64,000 nt of DNA from an uncultured virus (IMG/VR IMGVR_UViG_3300047678_000102). Its lineage: Duplodnaviria > Heunggongvirae > Uroviricota > Caudoviricetes. Below are positions 49,778 to 60,174 of the stretch, one piece after another. Below the pieces are notes generated by a model. That model ran no database searches, was not told where the DNA came from, and saw nothing but the letters and a program-made list of their open reading frames with translations. Each line of letters opens with the position of its first letter. The first letter of the stretch is position 1. The position numbers and the translations under genes are program-made. The stretch lies in the IMG/VR virus record IMGVR_UViG_3300047678_000102; one strand, 5' to 3'.

Positions 49778-49851
49778 TGGCTATGGTGGGATTCGAACCC
49801 ACAACCTCTTGATTTTGAGTCAAGCGCCTCTACCAGTTGGGCTACATAGCC
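49778..49851 (-). tRNA. tRNA-Leu(CAA) with short variable loop
   Basis: GGCTATG/CATAGCC-A; CTTGA-CTCAAAA-TCAAG; V loop AGGTT; GTGGG-TTCGAAT-CCCAC. Confidence 0.85.
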
Positions 49852-49858
49852 AGTTGAT

Positions 49859-50140
49859 TTACTTTGATTTAGGGAGTACTACCAAATTGGCAATCTTATT
49901 CCAGAAACCTACTTTTGTGGTTTTGGGATGTTCAATATTTGTAGGGAAATCAACCACATCGGTAATCTTTTTGTTTACCATTCTATGGTAGGTTACAACA
50001 TCTCTCTCTTGAATTTTTGGGAAATCACATAACCCTATATGGCTTACTCTTTCTAACAAAGATTTATTAGTCCAACCATCGGCCGTTCTATATCCAATAG
50101 ATTGATAAATTCTAATCATTTGTTCTCTGGATACTTGCAT
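49859..50140 (-). CDS. Stand-alone copy of the middle domain of 61606..62331
   Basis: VSREQMIRIYQSIGYRTADGWTNKSLLERVS vs VSADQMKRIYLSAGFKSAEGWDNKKMTERVS. Confidence 0.7.
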   Translation of the reverse strand: MQVSREQMIRIYQSIGYRTADGWTNKSLLERVSHIGLCDFPKIQERDVVTYHRMVNKKITDVVDFPTNIEHPKTTKVGFWNKIANLVVLPKSK

Positions 50141-50178
50141 TACTTACTCCTACAATTAACCTTAAACCCGGTTACAAG

Positions 50179-50207
50179 TTTGACGGTTTAAGTAATGTCA
50201 GGGCTCT
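50179..50207 (-). promoter_or_regulatory. Phage early promoter copy 24
   Basis: AGAGCC-N16-CGTCAAA. Confidence 0.85.
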
Positions 50208-50697
50208 TGGTTTTAACTGATGCATATTTTTCACAACGATCTTCTGTTCTCATATATGCAATATACAATCTCTTTTTAATGACTACTGCAACCATATCAT
50301 CATATGCGTGTTCTTTTAGTTCCGTCTTGTTGATAAGATTAACAATTCTTTTTACCGTCCTATCGTTAATCTCTTCATCCTTTACTTCATATCCTCTGTT
50401 CTTACCAGCATTTACTCTATGTACAGAAGCATAAGTGTGTTTACCACTACATCCACAACAACACCTTCCGTTTATCCCACTATATACGCTAGACATTTTA
50501 CTTACATCAACCACAACTGGTTGCCTTTGCAGTTTGATAAGACGGTCGTTTACTGCCATGGCAAGTTTGAAACTGGCAGTAGATTTCACTATTTCATCAA
50601 ATAACTGTTCGTTGTTCTTACGATCCAACCATCCATTTTGTTTGATTGTTTCATCAATCTCATCATCCGTCCAAAGATCAAAGTATTTAGTAGACAT
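50188..50697 (-). CDS. Phage protein with YSG..CxCGCxG motif
   Basis: SVYSGINGRCCCGCSGKH. Confidence 0.65.
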   Translation of the reverse strand: MSTKYFDLWTDDEIDETIKQNGWLDRKNNEQLFDEIVKSTASFKLAMAVNDRLIKLQRQPVVVDVSKMSSVYSGINGRCCCGCSGKHTYASVHRVNAGKNRGYEVKDEEINDRTVKRIVNLINKTELKEHAYDDMVAVVIKKRLYIAYMRTEDRCEKYASVKTKSPDIT

Positions 50698-51015
50698 GTT
50701 ATTCCTTTGTTAAAGGACGTCCTAAACCAATCTCCCTCATCTTTTCAATCATTTGATTGTATTCGTCCTTATCTTTGTACGATTTTATCATTATGAATTT
50801 GTATCCAACATCTGGACCTGTTATTTCTCGTGTTTGGTTTATAACATGAGAGTTAGGATCAGGATTTCTACCAATTAATACCAACACTTTGTCATTCAAC
50901 CGCATTTCTTTCTCATACCGTCGAAAATTACTGGTATCTAAGTAGAATGGACTCGTATAAACAAAGAAGGCTGATGCTATTATACCAGTCAGCATCCCAA
51001 GAAAGAATCTCATAA

Positions 51016-51804
51016 TTAATTCCCCCAACCGTAACTGTTTACATCCTCCAACATATAGTTGTACTCTTCTTGTTTAGCAAATTCATAACTATAATCTGCT
51101 GCTTCTTTTGCCCATTGATAAAGAATTTCCGCTTTGGTTGGATCATCTGACATCTTGTAACAAAGATGACATATTTCACAGAAATCCTCAAAAGCTTCAT
51201 CACCACACCCATAAAACTTGAGTGCTTCTACTTTATTCTTTAGAATGTCATATCTACTGGGAGAGTATACTAGTTTAGTTTTACTTGGTTTGGATGAAGG
51301 TGACGATGGTTTGAGAACAATACGACTCATAATATCTTCTTTAATTTTATTTGGGTCCCAGTCAACATTCTCTTCTGGCATCCCATTATCTCTAGGGTCG
51401 TAGTATACATCTGGATAACGCTTCTTGAAGTTTTTGATATCTGCTTCTTCATCATTTCCATAAGCTTCTTTGGTGTCTGTATTGTGTGGATTACCTTCGG
51501 TTGGAACATACCCACGAAGCTTCTTACCATCCCAGTAAATGATATAAAACACCGAGTGTTCCCAGTCCCCCCCTTCAGCGCATCCAAAGTATGACATGCC
51601 ATTTGGTAGGGTTTTGTAGCCAGTCATATTATTAGGACCAAACTCACCTTCTCCATAGTCATAATTTTCACTATCAAAACTTACTTTGATATCTTGCATT
51701 ATCTGTTTTGTAAGCTCTCTATAGTTATGCCCTGCTTCTTGGGTGTGCAATTGAATTTTGTCTTTTAGTGTTTGTAAAGTGATGGGTTCCCAATACCTCG
51801 GCAT
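51016..51804 (-). CDS. Conserved phage hypothetical protein
   Basis: GGDWE..VFYIIYWDGKKLRGYVPTEGN..NT.TK.AYG. Confidence 0.7.
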   Translation of the reverse strand: MPRYWEPITLQTLKDKIQLHTQEAGHNYRELTKQIMQDIKVSFDSENYDYGEGEFGPNNMTGYKTLPNGMSYFGCAEGGDWEHSVFYIIYWDGKKLRGYVPTEGNPHNTDTKEAYGNDEEADIKNFKKRYPDVYYDPRDNGMPEENVDWDPNKIKEDIMSRIVLKPSSPSSKPSKTKLVYSPSRYDILKNKVEALKFYGCGDEAFEDFCEICHLCYKMSDDPTKAEILYQWAKEAADYSYEFAKQEEYNYMLEDVNSYGWGN

Positions 51805-52601
51805 TAATTCTCCTTACTTTCAAGAAGTTTATTAATCTTCTTTTCTACAATATTCCCTACATCATTTGCTAACTTTGAACTGTCTATGGGTTTAGGACGA
51901 TATCCAGGAGGATAGTTCCATACATTACGATACGATGATGCCACATTCAAAACACATTCTTCTATCTGACCAAGGCAATCGTCGTAAAAATCTTGTAAAT
52001 CGTAATGTTCATATTTCTTCTTACCAAAACATTTTAGGTGATCTTCGCATATCTCATAAGACTCAAAAAGATCTCCTGCAATACCATCCCCTTCGCAATC
52101 TGTATACCCTACCTCTTCATACAATTCTTTTGGTGCACCTGCTTCTTTCAAAGCAGAAGCAATAACCTTTCTAAATCCTGCAAAAGAAGACCATAATCTC
52201 TTCATTAATCTACATACTCCCTTTCGTTACCCTTCCTCCACCATTTATATGCTTGGGTATCTCGCATATATGGATTGTTACGATATAACGAGGTGTAGCC
52301 TTCTCTGTACCATTTATCTTTCATCTGTTGAGTGACTTGGCTCTCATCATATATCTCTTCTGGTCGAAGTGGTTTCTTCATGTTTGTTTACCTCTTTTGA
52401 ATATGTTTTACCAAGGTGTTTCAATAATTCCAGTGTAATCTTCTTCAGAATATTCAATCTCATCAAAGACGTCTTCACATACGGGAACGTCATTACAACA
52501 TTCAGTAGCTCCAAACGAATACTCGGATTCTGTAACCGATCGTCCACATCGACGACAAACAACACCTTCCATTTTCAGTTTCCTTTGTTAAGAGTTAGCA
52601 G

Positions 52602-53345
52602 TTAAACTTTCACCCAATCCCAGAACCGTTGCCAATAACTTTTGTTTTCCTGTGCTAATTTTATTTCTAACCATTTTATACGTGCATCAGTAGATTTTAT
52701 ATCAACTGACATTTGTCTAATTTTGGCGTTATGATTCTCTTTCATCAAGGTTAATTGATCTTGTACTCCTTCCAGTTTAGGATTGGATATTAAACAATCG
52801 GCAACTTGAGATTTGATTAAGTTTTTGAATTCCTCTAGATTAATAGAAATAATGTATTGTTTAATTGTCTCTTTGAATTCTTCTGAGTTGATACGAGTAT
52901 TAAGACATTCTGTAATTCTACCGTCTATCTCATCTGACACCCAATTATCTTCTAAATATTGAACCACATTATCTTTAATAATATCTGCTACGTTTATGTT
53001 TTGTTTAGCACTATCTAATGCTTCTTCTGCCATTTCTTCAAAATCAATATCATCTACAGTATCTTGAACCTTCTGTGCAATATCTGCTTCGGATATTGCT
53101 TCTTCAACTTCTCCTTGTACCTCATCCGAGAAATCATATTCTTTACACGCATCAGAAACAGCATCGCTAAAATCAAAGTTCCCAACTGCTTCTTGGACAG
53201 CATCTTCAAAATTTAGGTTTTGTGCTGCTTCCTCAACGGCATCTGAGACTAAATCTGTAAGATCAAACTCATCAAGCTTAACTTGAATTGCTTCGGTAAT
53301 CATTTCATTAATAGCAGTCTCTAATGCGTCGCTCATAACGCTCAT
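52602..53345 (-). CDS. Highly acidic helical-repeat protein with C-terminal coiled coil
   Basis: Repeats of (F/L)D(F/L)xDxVxxA; D/E-rich N-terminal half. Confidence 0.7.
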   Translation of the reverse strand: MSVMSDALETAINEMITEAIQVKLDEFDLTDLVSDAVEEAAQNLNFEDAVQEAVGNFDFSDAVSDACKEYDFSDEVQGEVEEAISEADIAQKVQDTVDDIDFEEMAEEALDSAKQNINVADIIKDNVVQYLEDNWVSDEIDGRITECLNTRINSEEFKETIKQYIISINLEEFKNLIKSQVADCLISNPKLEGVQDQLTLMKENHNAKIRQMSVDIKSTDARIKWLEIKLAQENKSYWQRFWDWVKV

Positions 53346-53389
53346 ATTCTATCTCCTTGTAAAATGAAAAAGCGCCGACTCGTTACAAA

Positions 53390-53418
53390 TTTGACGGTTA
53401 AAGAAATCTAACGGCTCT
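53390..53418 (-). promoter_or_regulatory. Phage early promoter copy 25
   Basis: AGAGCC-N16-CGTCAAA. Confidence 0.85.
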
Positions 53419-53795
53419 TCTTACGATATAAATTCATTTGTTATGTAACAAAATATTACACCACACCCAAATCCAAACACAATGGTATGCAATACATCAG
53501 GCTGATCACCAATCATATATGGAATTTGACAAACAGTTGCAAGAATCATCACCAAAAGACATTGTATAAATTTCTTTCTCATGTCACTCCTTCACCGTTC
53601 TTCCACATACTTTGGACCACTCCTGACACCTTTCATCTTTCGTTTATATCGTGCACGGCATACCAACAGACAATCCATCCCGTAGCTTTTACTGGATGGG
53701 TGCTTCTGTTCCTTGCCACACCTAGAGCATAATCCTTGTGACACTCTCCATTGACGAAGACCTTTGTAATATCTTGGAGGACTCATAACTTAATA

Positions 53796-54509
53796 TCACT
53801 CCTTCACGTACCTAACAAGTGTTTTCCTAATATCTTCTCTGTTATATGGTCCAGATGGCAATAATGGGTTCTGACAACATGTGTCATCTCTAATTTCAAT
53901 AGGTACAAAGGATACTCTTACGAATGATCTTTTCCCAGAACACTTTGGTCTCCTATGGATGATGTAAGGATCAATTACAAATATCTTGTTAGGAGGTAAT
54001 TTATTGTAAAACAAACCATCACAATGTTCTTGAATGTATTGATGCAAGTTATGTTTCAAAGGATCAAAATCGTTTGGTATATCAATACCATTTATCAATA
54101 CTTCCATGCCAGGAGATGATGTGACAATGTAATCTTGCTCTGGATGGTGTGCGGCCAACATGGAGAATCCGTCTACATGCCATTTGTCATCTGTTACACT
54201 TGTTACTTCACCATGACGAACGGTAACATAGATGTATGGATGGTAAATCCCATTCTCTTCTTGAATACCTCTACAATGATCAATTAATTCTCGCATCCAT
54301 TCTAACTCGGTGGGAAGACGTACATCCCCACCATCATTGCAAACCATCATCCTTAGGATGTATTGGCGTTCATGTGGGCATTCAATTTGATATTCACCAC
54401 AAGGTAATGGTGGATACCAAACTGAGAAGTCCTTTAGATTAAGATTCTTGTGTGCTCGGTTGAAAAGGTTCATACTACTCGCTTCGGTACTCCAGAATTT
54501 GAACACCAT
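53796..54509 (-). CDS. 2OG-Fe(II) oxygenase-like protein
   Basis: WHVDGF (HxD)..DPYIIHRRP..RSFVRVSF. Confidence 0.65.
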   Translation of the reverse strand: MVFKFWSTEASSMNLFNRAHKNLNLKDFSVWYPPLPCGEYQIECPHERQYILRMMVCNDGGDVRLPTELEWMRELIDHCRGIQEENGIYHPYIYVTVRHGEVTSVTDDKWHVDGFSMLAAHHPEQDYIVTSSPGMEVLINGIDIPNDFDPLKHNLHQYIQEHCDGLFYNKLPPNKIFVIDPYIIHRRPKCSGKRSFVRVSFVPIEIRDDTCCQNPLLPSGPYNREDIRKTLVRYVKE

Positions 54510-54776
54510 GATTCAAAAGATATTCCCGACCAACTTGACACATCTTAGTTTTGGCACTGTCACTACTGTCTCGAATTCCAGACCAATCATATCCTTGAGG
54601 TGGTACAAATCCTTCTGGACCATAAGCATCGTTCTTAGCATAAACCGCTTTATACACTTCGTTATGTTGGTCTTTGGTTAGATTAGGATAATTTCTGTAG
54701 TAACATAATGCAAGAATCAAATCCCAAGAACGGCAATTAACGACATCAAGACGACGGATTGTCATGATACATCCTT

Positions 54777-55582
54777 TTAACAAGAACACGAGAAGAAACT
54801 GTATTGTTTTTTGTCTTCTGGAAGTGTCACCCCATATACGATTTCGTAACACTTCCAAAACTGTTCTCTTAGACTTGATGAGAATGTATCTCGCCAATGC
54901 TCAGATCCTATTTGGGTTGCATACTCCTCATATTCCAACCAGTTTCTAGCATATTTGTTAGCACAATCATCTAACCATTCAATAGCTTTGGCTCCTTCAT
55001 CACTTTCTACTAGAGACACCAACCTTGGTAGGAGTGATCTTTCATTATATCCATAAGTGTTTGAAATTCTCATCTGAACTAACACTTCCCCGTCTGGGTA
55101 TCCACTATCTTCAAGAGCATCTGCAAGTACTGGAAGCAACGAATAATCTTGATCCTCTCGAATCTTTGCACAGATACCAACAACGGAAGGAGTTCTCCAG
55201 TAATCACTATTTGGTGGAACAATGGGAGTTGGAGGATACTTCTCTTTAAGGGATCTTTTGACTTTATGTTTTACAACTGTTACTTCTTCCACAAAGGATG
55301 GATGCGTCCAATCATGGCGGAGACTTGTAATGGTTCCTGGATACAACCACAACCAAAACACATCTCCTTTGTTGATACTTTCTTCGAGAAAAGGATCTAC
55401 AATACCAATATGGTTATCATCAATGGAATCCCATTCCCATTTATCTTTGACAGTTCTCTTTTTGATTCTAATATGTTCCCCTCGTTGCAATTTTTGAGAT
55501 GCCACTACTGGGACCACGGCAATATGGCATCTTTCTCTTGCTTGGTAGTGATCTTCTTACCAAGACCAAGGGATTCACTCAT
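54777..55582 (-). pseudogene. Frameshifted gene; C-terminal Gemmata-type LADALED motif
   Basis: ATG 55582 overlaps upstream stop (ATGA); frame breaks at GATGCCAT^ATTGCC near 55524; main ORF has GIVDPFL..WLYPGTITSLRHDWTHP and YSLLPVLADALEDSG. Confidence 0.55.
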
Positions 55583-56976
55583 AGAGCACCTTCCTTAAAT
55601 ACCAGTTTGATAACAAGTCGGAAGAGGAAATCTTGTAGATCACGACTCATATCACCAGCATCAGTAACATGATGAACAACTTCTTCCAACATGACTTTCA
55701 ATAGAAGAGGACTTAGAGTAGAAAGATCTTCGTGAATGTACACTACACCTTCTTTGTACATACCATAAGTTTGCGCCTCACCGGACATAAGGGGATTGAA
55801 CCCTTTAACCGGAGGAAGTTTGCGGCCATTCAACATATTCTGTTCTTGAAGAAGTTCCCAAATCATATTTAAAGCACGAAGCATATCAGGAGATGCTTCA
55901 GAAGTTTCAAGACCTTCCTTTTCAAGACCACTGAGAACCTTACTTTCGGTAGGGATCCCAAGTTTTTCAAGAGTCTGAAACCAGTTATCTTCAACTACAA
56001 CTGGTTTGAATCCTTTACGTTCAACAAACTCTTTAACACATTTGGTTCCAGAACATGCCACGGCATTCTTACCATGAGTGGTTTCAAACGCTAATTTGAA
56101 CCTCTCACCTGTCTCTTTTTGCTCCGCTGCCGTGTGATATTCTTTGGAAACGAGATGAGATTCCAGTTTAGATTCAAAACACTTCTTACCAGTGTTTAAA
56201 ACACTAAAAATTCTAACCAGATCAGCAGCAGGAGCATTCGAAACGGCTTCTGCACATGCTGCTCTCACTGCCCAAGTCTGGGCATTACGAGATTCATCAA
56301 GGCGAAGAGAATCGTCCAAATTATAGTTGAAGATACTTGGTTCAGAAACCGAACATACTAACACTCCTTTTTTATAAACTAAAGTCTCATTAGAATCTGA
56401 ATGTTTTGAGATCAATCTTTTGTTTAACATTTGAGGGTTTGAAAAATGCAAGAACCAAGTGCCAATATTGGACCAGCATTCTTGTATATGATCATTAAAA
56501 GGAAGAAACACCGAAGTAAACCCGCTTTTTGCTCTTGGCTTCTCCACTGTTTCTATTTCTACATTTCTGTAGTCCCCTCCAGATATGGTAGCTCCATCAA
56601 TTGCATTTGCAACAAATTCTCTAAACCCATACATACACTTCGTCCAATCTGAAACACCCCATTGTAACGTGTATCCAAGATCGTCAGTAGAAGAATGATT
56701 ATTTCCATTTTGATCCACACCAGAATATTTTACACAGACTTGGTCATATTGATTACCTCCTACAAATTTTGGTTTGGAAAAAAATTCCATTTTTAATCTA
56801 TCTGTAATGATTATTGGTTGTGTGTTATGTCTGAGAAAAACCCCTACTGAATGTTTAGCTCCGGAACCAAACTGACCTATCAGAGACCCGTTGTTAGAAT
56901 ATCGCGTAGTCGAAACACCTAATAGTGTGAAAGCAGAAGGATCAGCAATTCCTTTGTTTCGTATCATAAGATACAT
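55579..56976 (-). CDS. GHKL-like ATPase-fold protein with C-terminal metallopeptidase-like motif
   Basis: IGQFGSGAKH; REFVANAID; LEEVVHH. Confidence 0.6.
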   Translation of the reverse strand: MYLMIRNKGIADPSAFTLLGVSTTRYSNNGSLIGQFGSGAKHSVGVFLRHNTQPIIITDRLKMEFFSKPKFVGGNQYDQVCVKYSGVDQNGNNHSSTDDLGYTLQWGVSDWTKCMYGFREFVANAIDGATISGGDYRNVEIETVEKPRAKSGFTSVFLPFNDHIQECWSNIGTWFLHFSNPQMLNKRLISKHSDSNETLVYKKGVLVCSVSEPSIFNYNLDDSLRLDESRNAQTWAVRAACAEAVSNAPAADLVRIFSVLNTGKKCFESKLESHLVSKEYHTAAEQKETGERFKLAFETTHGKNAVACSGTKCVKEFVERKGFKPVVVEDNWFQTLEKLGIPTESKVLSGLEKEGLETSEASPDMLRALNMIWELLQEQNMLNGRKLPPVKGFNPLMSGEAQTYGMYKEGVVYIHEDLSTLSPLLLKVMLEEVVHHVTDAGDMSRDLQDFLFRLVIKLVFKEGAL

Positions 56977-56990
56977 ACAGATCTCCTAAT

Positions 56991-57971
56991 TCAACAACAT
57001 TTTGTTTGGTTTTGTGACAGCCATGTTTGGTATTTTAATTCCCAATAAGGGGACAAACTTATTTGCCCTGATAACCTCATTGGGTATATTATTTTTTGTT
57101 TGTCTAAACAGGGCATTTCTATTAATTCATATTTCCACGCTCTCTCCTTACAAAAGCCCTCTGCGGCTTTTATTTTAGAATTAACATTTGTATTTAAGTA
57201 TTGACTTCTTTTGTATCCTACATGTTTTATTTCATATAATGTGAAAGTTTTTACATCAAAATAATCCGGATGATAGGTCTTACTTTCCCCGTTTTCGGTA
57301 ATGTAAGGAATTCTATATTCTATCTTGCCAATACTATCCGCTCTAATTAAATCTTCTAGATTGAGTAAATTTGTTAAGAACGCAAGTTCAGGGGTGCTTG
57401 AAAATCTTAAACTCTTGTAATAACCAGTCACCCCACATGTTCTCTCTACAGATTTTCTGCCTTCTCTATAAGCTTTCTTAATACTAATAGATGCCTTCAA
57501 CAATTCTTCTTTTGATCTTTTTCTACCCTTCATTCTTTCAGATCGTTTTTTACGTTCTTGGTCGGATATAGGAGGTCTTAGTTTAGCTTTTTCAGATAGC
57601 TTTTTTCTTGTTTCTAAACTTCTTTTTCTACCAGTATGGAAAGCCACTGTTTTGGCTATTGCTTCTGGAGATCGCTTTCTGCCCAATCCTGCATATGATA
57701 TTGCTTTTTTATGTGATTCAGTTAGAGGTTTTCTTTTCTTTCCTGAAAGGGAAGCTGAAATCTTTTTCTTAGTTTCATCTGAGTGTCGCAACCCCAAGTG
57801 TGCTTGAGATCTTGATATCCTTTGGGTTTTTGGTTTAGGATTGTTTCTAGACTCAACTCGTTTATTTATACTCTCTATAGATTGTTTTTTACCTTTACCA
57901 TTATGACCATGCAAGAACCTATTATTCTTTTTAGTCTGCCCACCACACCCGCATTGACAATTCATTTTCAA
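56991..57971 (-). mobile_element. Free-standing homing endonuclease (NUMOD3 repeats plus PD-(D/E)xK/TnsA-like nuclease)
   Basis: CQCGCG..FLHGHN; HSDETKKKIS repeats; IPY..YHPDYF..YEIK; AT-rich relative to neighbours. Confidence 0.75.
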
Positions 57972-58009
57972 ACACCCAATATAAGTAATATTTAACCAAT
58001 AAACATAAT

Positions 58010-58447
58010 TTATTTGCTCATGTGAATTTCGCTACTGACCAGAAATGTTACCCAGTATAGACCATCATTTTTACAAGGACCAACAATTCCAGACTGGTTT
58101 ATAGATGGGTCGTGAACGATCTCATCTTCAAAACAAATTACGGAATGATCTACTCCTGTTTTAGATAATCCTCCCAGAATGTAATACAATCCGGGATTCA
58201 TTGATTTCATTACTTTGAGAACACCAGATAGTTCTGCATTGTAAACAATGTTAACATCAATAAGATCTTTGGTAAGTAGGAATTCTCTCACCCTTCGGTA
58301 AAATTCCCTACCATCTGGCGCTTCGTCTCCAAAATGAGGAACCTCTTCGATTTCCAGTTCTAACAAAGATGCTATCACTGCACGGTGACAATCTCCATAA
58401 ATTCCCTCATCAGGTTTGTGAAGATTTCTTTGTTTAACTGGTTTCAT
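58010..58447 (-). CDS. Conserved phage protein, peptidase C39-like
   Basis: Q..GDCHRAVIASLLEL..VPHF..HSVI..IVHDP. Confidence 0.6.
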   Translation of the reverse strand: MKPVKQRNLHKPDEGIYGDCHRAVIASLLELEIEEVPHFGDEAPDGREFYRRVREFLLTKDLIDVNIVYNAELSGVLKVMKSMNPGLYYILGGLSKTGVDHSVICFEDEIVHDPSINQSGIVGPCKNDGLYWVTFLVSSEIHMSK

Positions 58448-58478
58448 TTATGTAAGTTCCTAAAACCGCCGTTACAAG

Positions 58479-58507
58479 TTTGACGGTTAAGACAGTGTAA
58501 GGGCTTT
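58479..58507 (-). promoter_or_regulatory. Phage early promoter copy 26
   Basis: AAAGCC-N16-CGTCAAA. Confidence 0.85.
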
Positions 58508-59010
58508 TGAAAGGTCATTCTAATTCCAGTTCAATATCAAAAGGTTCTGGCACAACCCCATCAACAATACTTTTGGCTATATCAAAATACTTTCTTGGAA
58601 GAACAATACTCCATTTTTGACCTGTCTCATACTCAATATCAACTTGAAGTTTGGGCGAAATAATACAATAAAATGCAATATCCACTTTGGAATTTGGAAA
58701 TTGTTTCTTAATTGCTAATCCCATGGGGCAATTGTCAGTATCAAACTGTGGCATTCCCTTTTCAATCTCTTCCTTTCCTACACGACCAAGTAAGATCTTC
58801 ATTGGTTTTCCTTTTCTCTTAGGGATTTAAGGTAATCTATCCACTGTTCTATTGCACGATCTTGGTTTGCAATAGCGTTAGGTTCTTCTTTACATTCCGG
58901 ACACATCGCTTGTTCTGGATCATCACACCAGAATAGATGATCACAATACTTACATTTGTTGGTGTTCATATCCTTTTGTCACATTAATGAATCAAGTATA
59001 ATATAAGATA

Positions 59011-59538
59011 GTGAACGTCGATCCTCCACACACTTTGTTCTTCGATGGCGCCTGCAATATAGATGGTATTGCCGCTTATGGATGGTTGTTGTACGGACCA
59101 GACGGCAGTTTGAAATCTTCGAGTAGTGGCCTCCTCTTCTCTGGAAAACCAAGCACTAACAATATGGCAGAGTTTGGTGCATTAGAAGCAGGATTAAAAC
59201 ACCTTCTAAACCAACCCACTAAGATTCCCTACCTAATCTGTAAAGGGGACAGTATGGTGGTGGTAAATCAAATTACTGGCACATGGGAATGCCGCAATAA
59301 AGATCAGATCACCGAATCAGATAGATTGAAAGAATTATTGAACAAAGTGGCTTACGAATGGATTATAGAGTGGATTCCACGTAAGCAAAATAATGATGCA
59401 GATAGATTGAGTAAAGTTCCTTATCGACATCTTCCTTACACTGCTCCTACCCGTCCTAAAAAGAAGGTGCGGGCAAAACAACTCAATAAGAAAAAGAAGC
59501 GTAAATGGAAAGACAAAAAGAAGAAGGAAGATCAGTAA
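59011..59538 (+). CDS. rnhA: Ribonuclease HI with basic C-terminal tail
   Basis: FFDGA; TNNMAEFGAL; GDSMVVVNQ; WIPRKQNNDADRLS. Confidence 0.85.
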   Translation: MNVDPPHTLFFDGACNIDGIAAYGWLLYGPDGSLKSSSSGLLFSGKPSTNNMAEFGALEAGLKHLLNQPTKIPYLICKGDSMVVVNQITGTWECRNKDQITESDRLKELLNKVAYEWIIEWIPRKQNNDADRLSKVPYRHLPYTAPTRPKKKVRAKQLNKKKKRKWKDKKKKEDQ

Positions 59539-60174
59539 TCATTTCTTCTCTGTAATCTCCACGGTAAGTTCTGGAGATTCATGCATCAACTTTTGGAGCT
59601 CATCTCTTTTTAATGATGTGCCAATTTCTGCACTACTCTATTTACGAGTTTAAACACAGTGTAAAATTTGGGATTAACTTTCCCTTGATACAAATAAATC
59701 TTACCCTTCATGTTTATCTCCTGTTAAAAGTCACGCCTGCCTTGAGATTGTAGCTTTGGATCATGTATCGCTTTATAAACCTCATCTAAAGATGTGAAGA
59801 ACATATAACTCTCATCCCATTTGTAATTACCACCTCCGGTGGGAAGGTATCTACAGACACGAAATCCCTTCTTACCATGACGTGTATCTGAACCCACTTC
59901 CCACCGTTCATTGAGAGATATCATCTCAAAGTCAATAATGATATCTGGATCATTATGCATAACTTCGACACGATGTTTCATTATTTTCCCTCCAAAGATT
60001 TAAGTGCAGAATCTATTAGAGATCGTACTCTAGATGCCCCACAATTACAAGGAGCATATCCCTCGGGATCTAGCTCAACAACACATCTACTAGAATGTTG
60101 TCCTGAGATAAGTTTAAGTTCTTCCAACTTGACTTTGGCTCTAATGATACGTTCAAATAACTTTTCTGCATCCA

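Noticed and set aside
49778..49851. UCA (opal suppressor or Sec) reading of the anticodon, and genetic-code reassignment
   Set aside because: The 5-bp stem fixes the loop as CTCAAAA (anticodon CAA); genes read intact in code 11 with all three stops used
3420..58420. Further hammerheads at other CTGANGA matches (e.g. 3426, 29547, 58407)
   Set aside because: All lie inside ORFs and I found no matching GAAA and stems by eye; a covariance search should confirm
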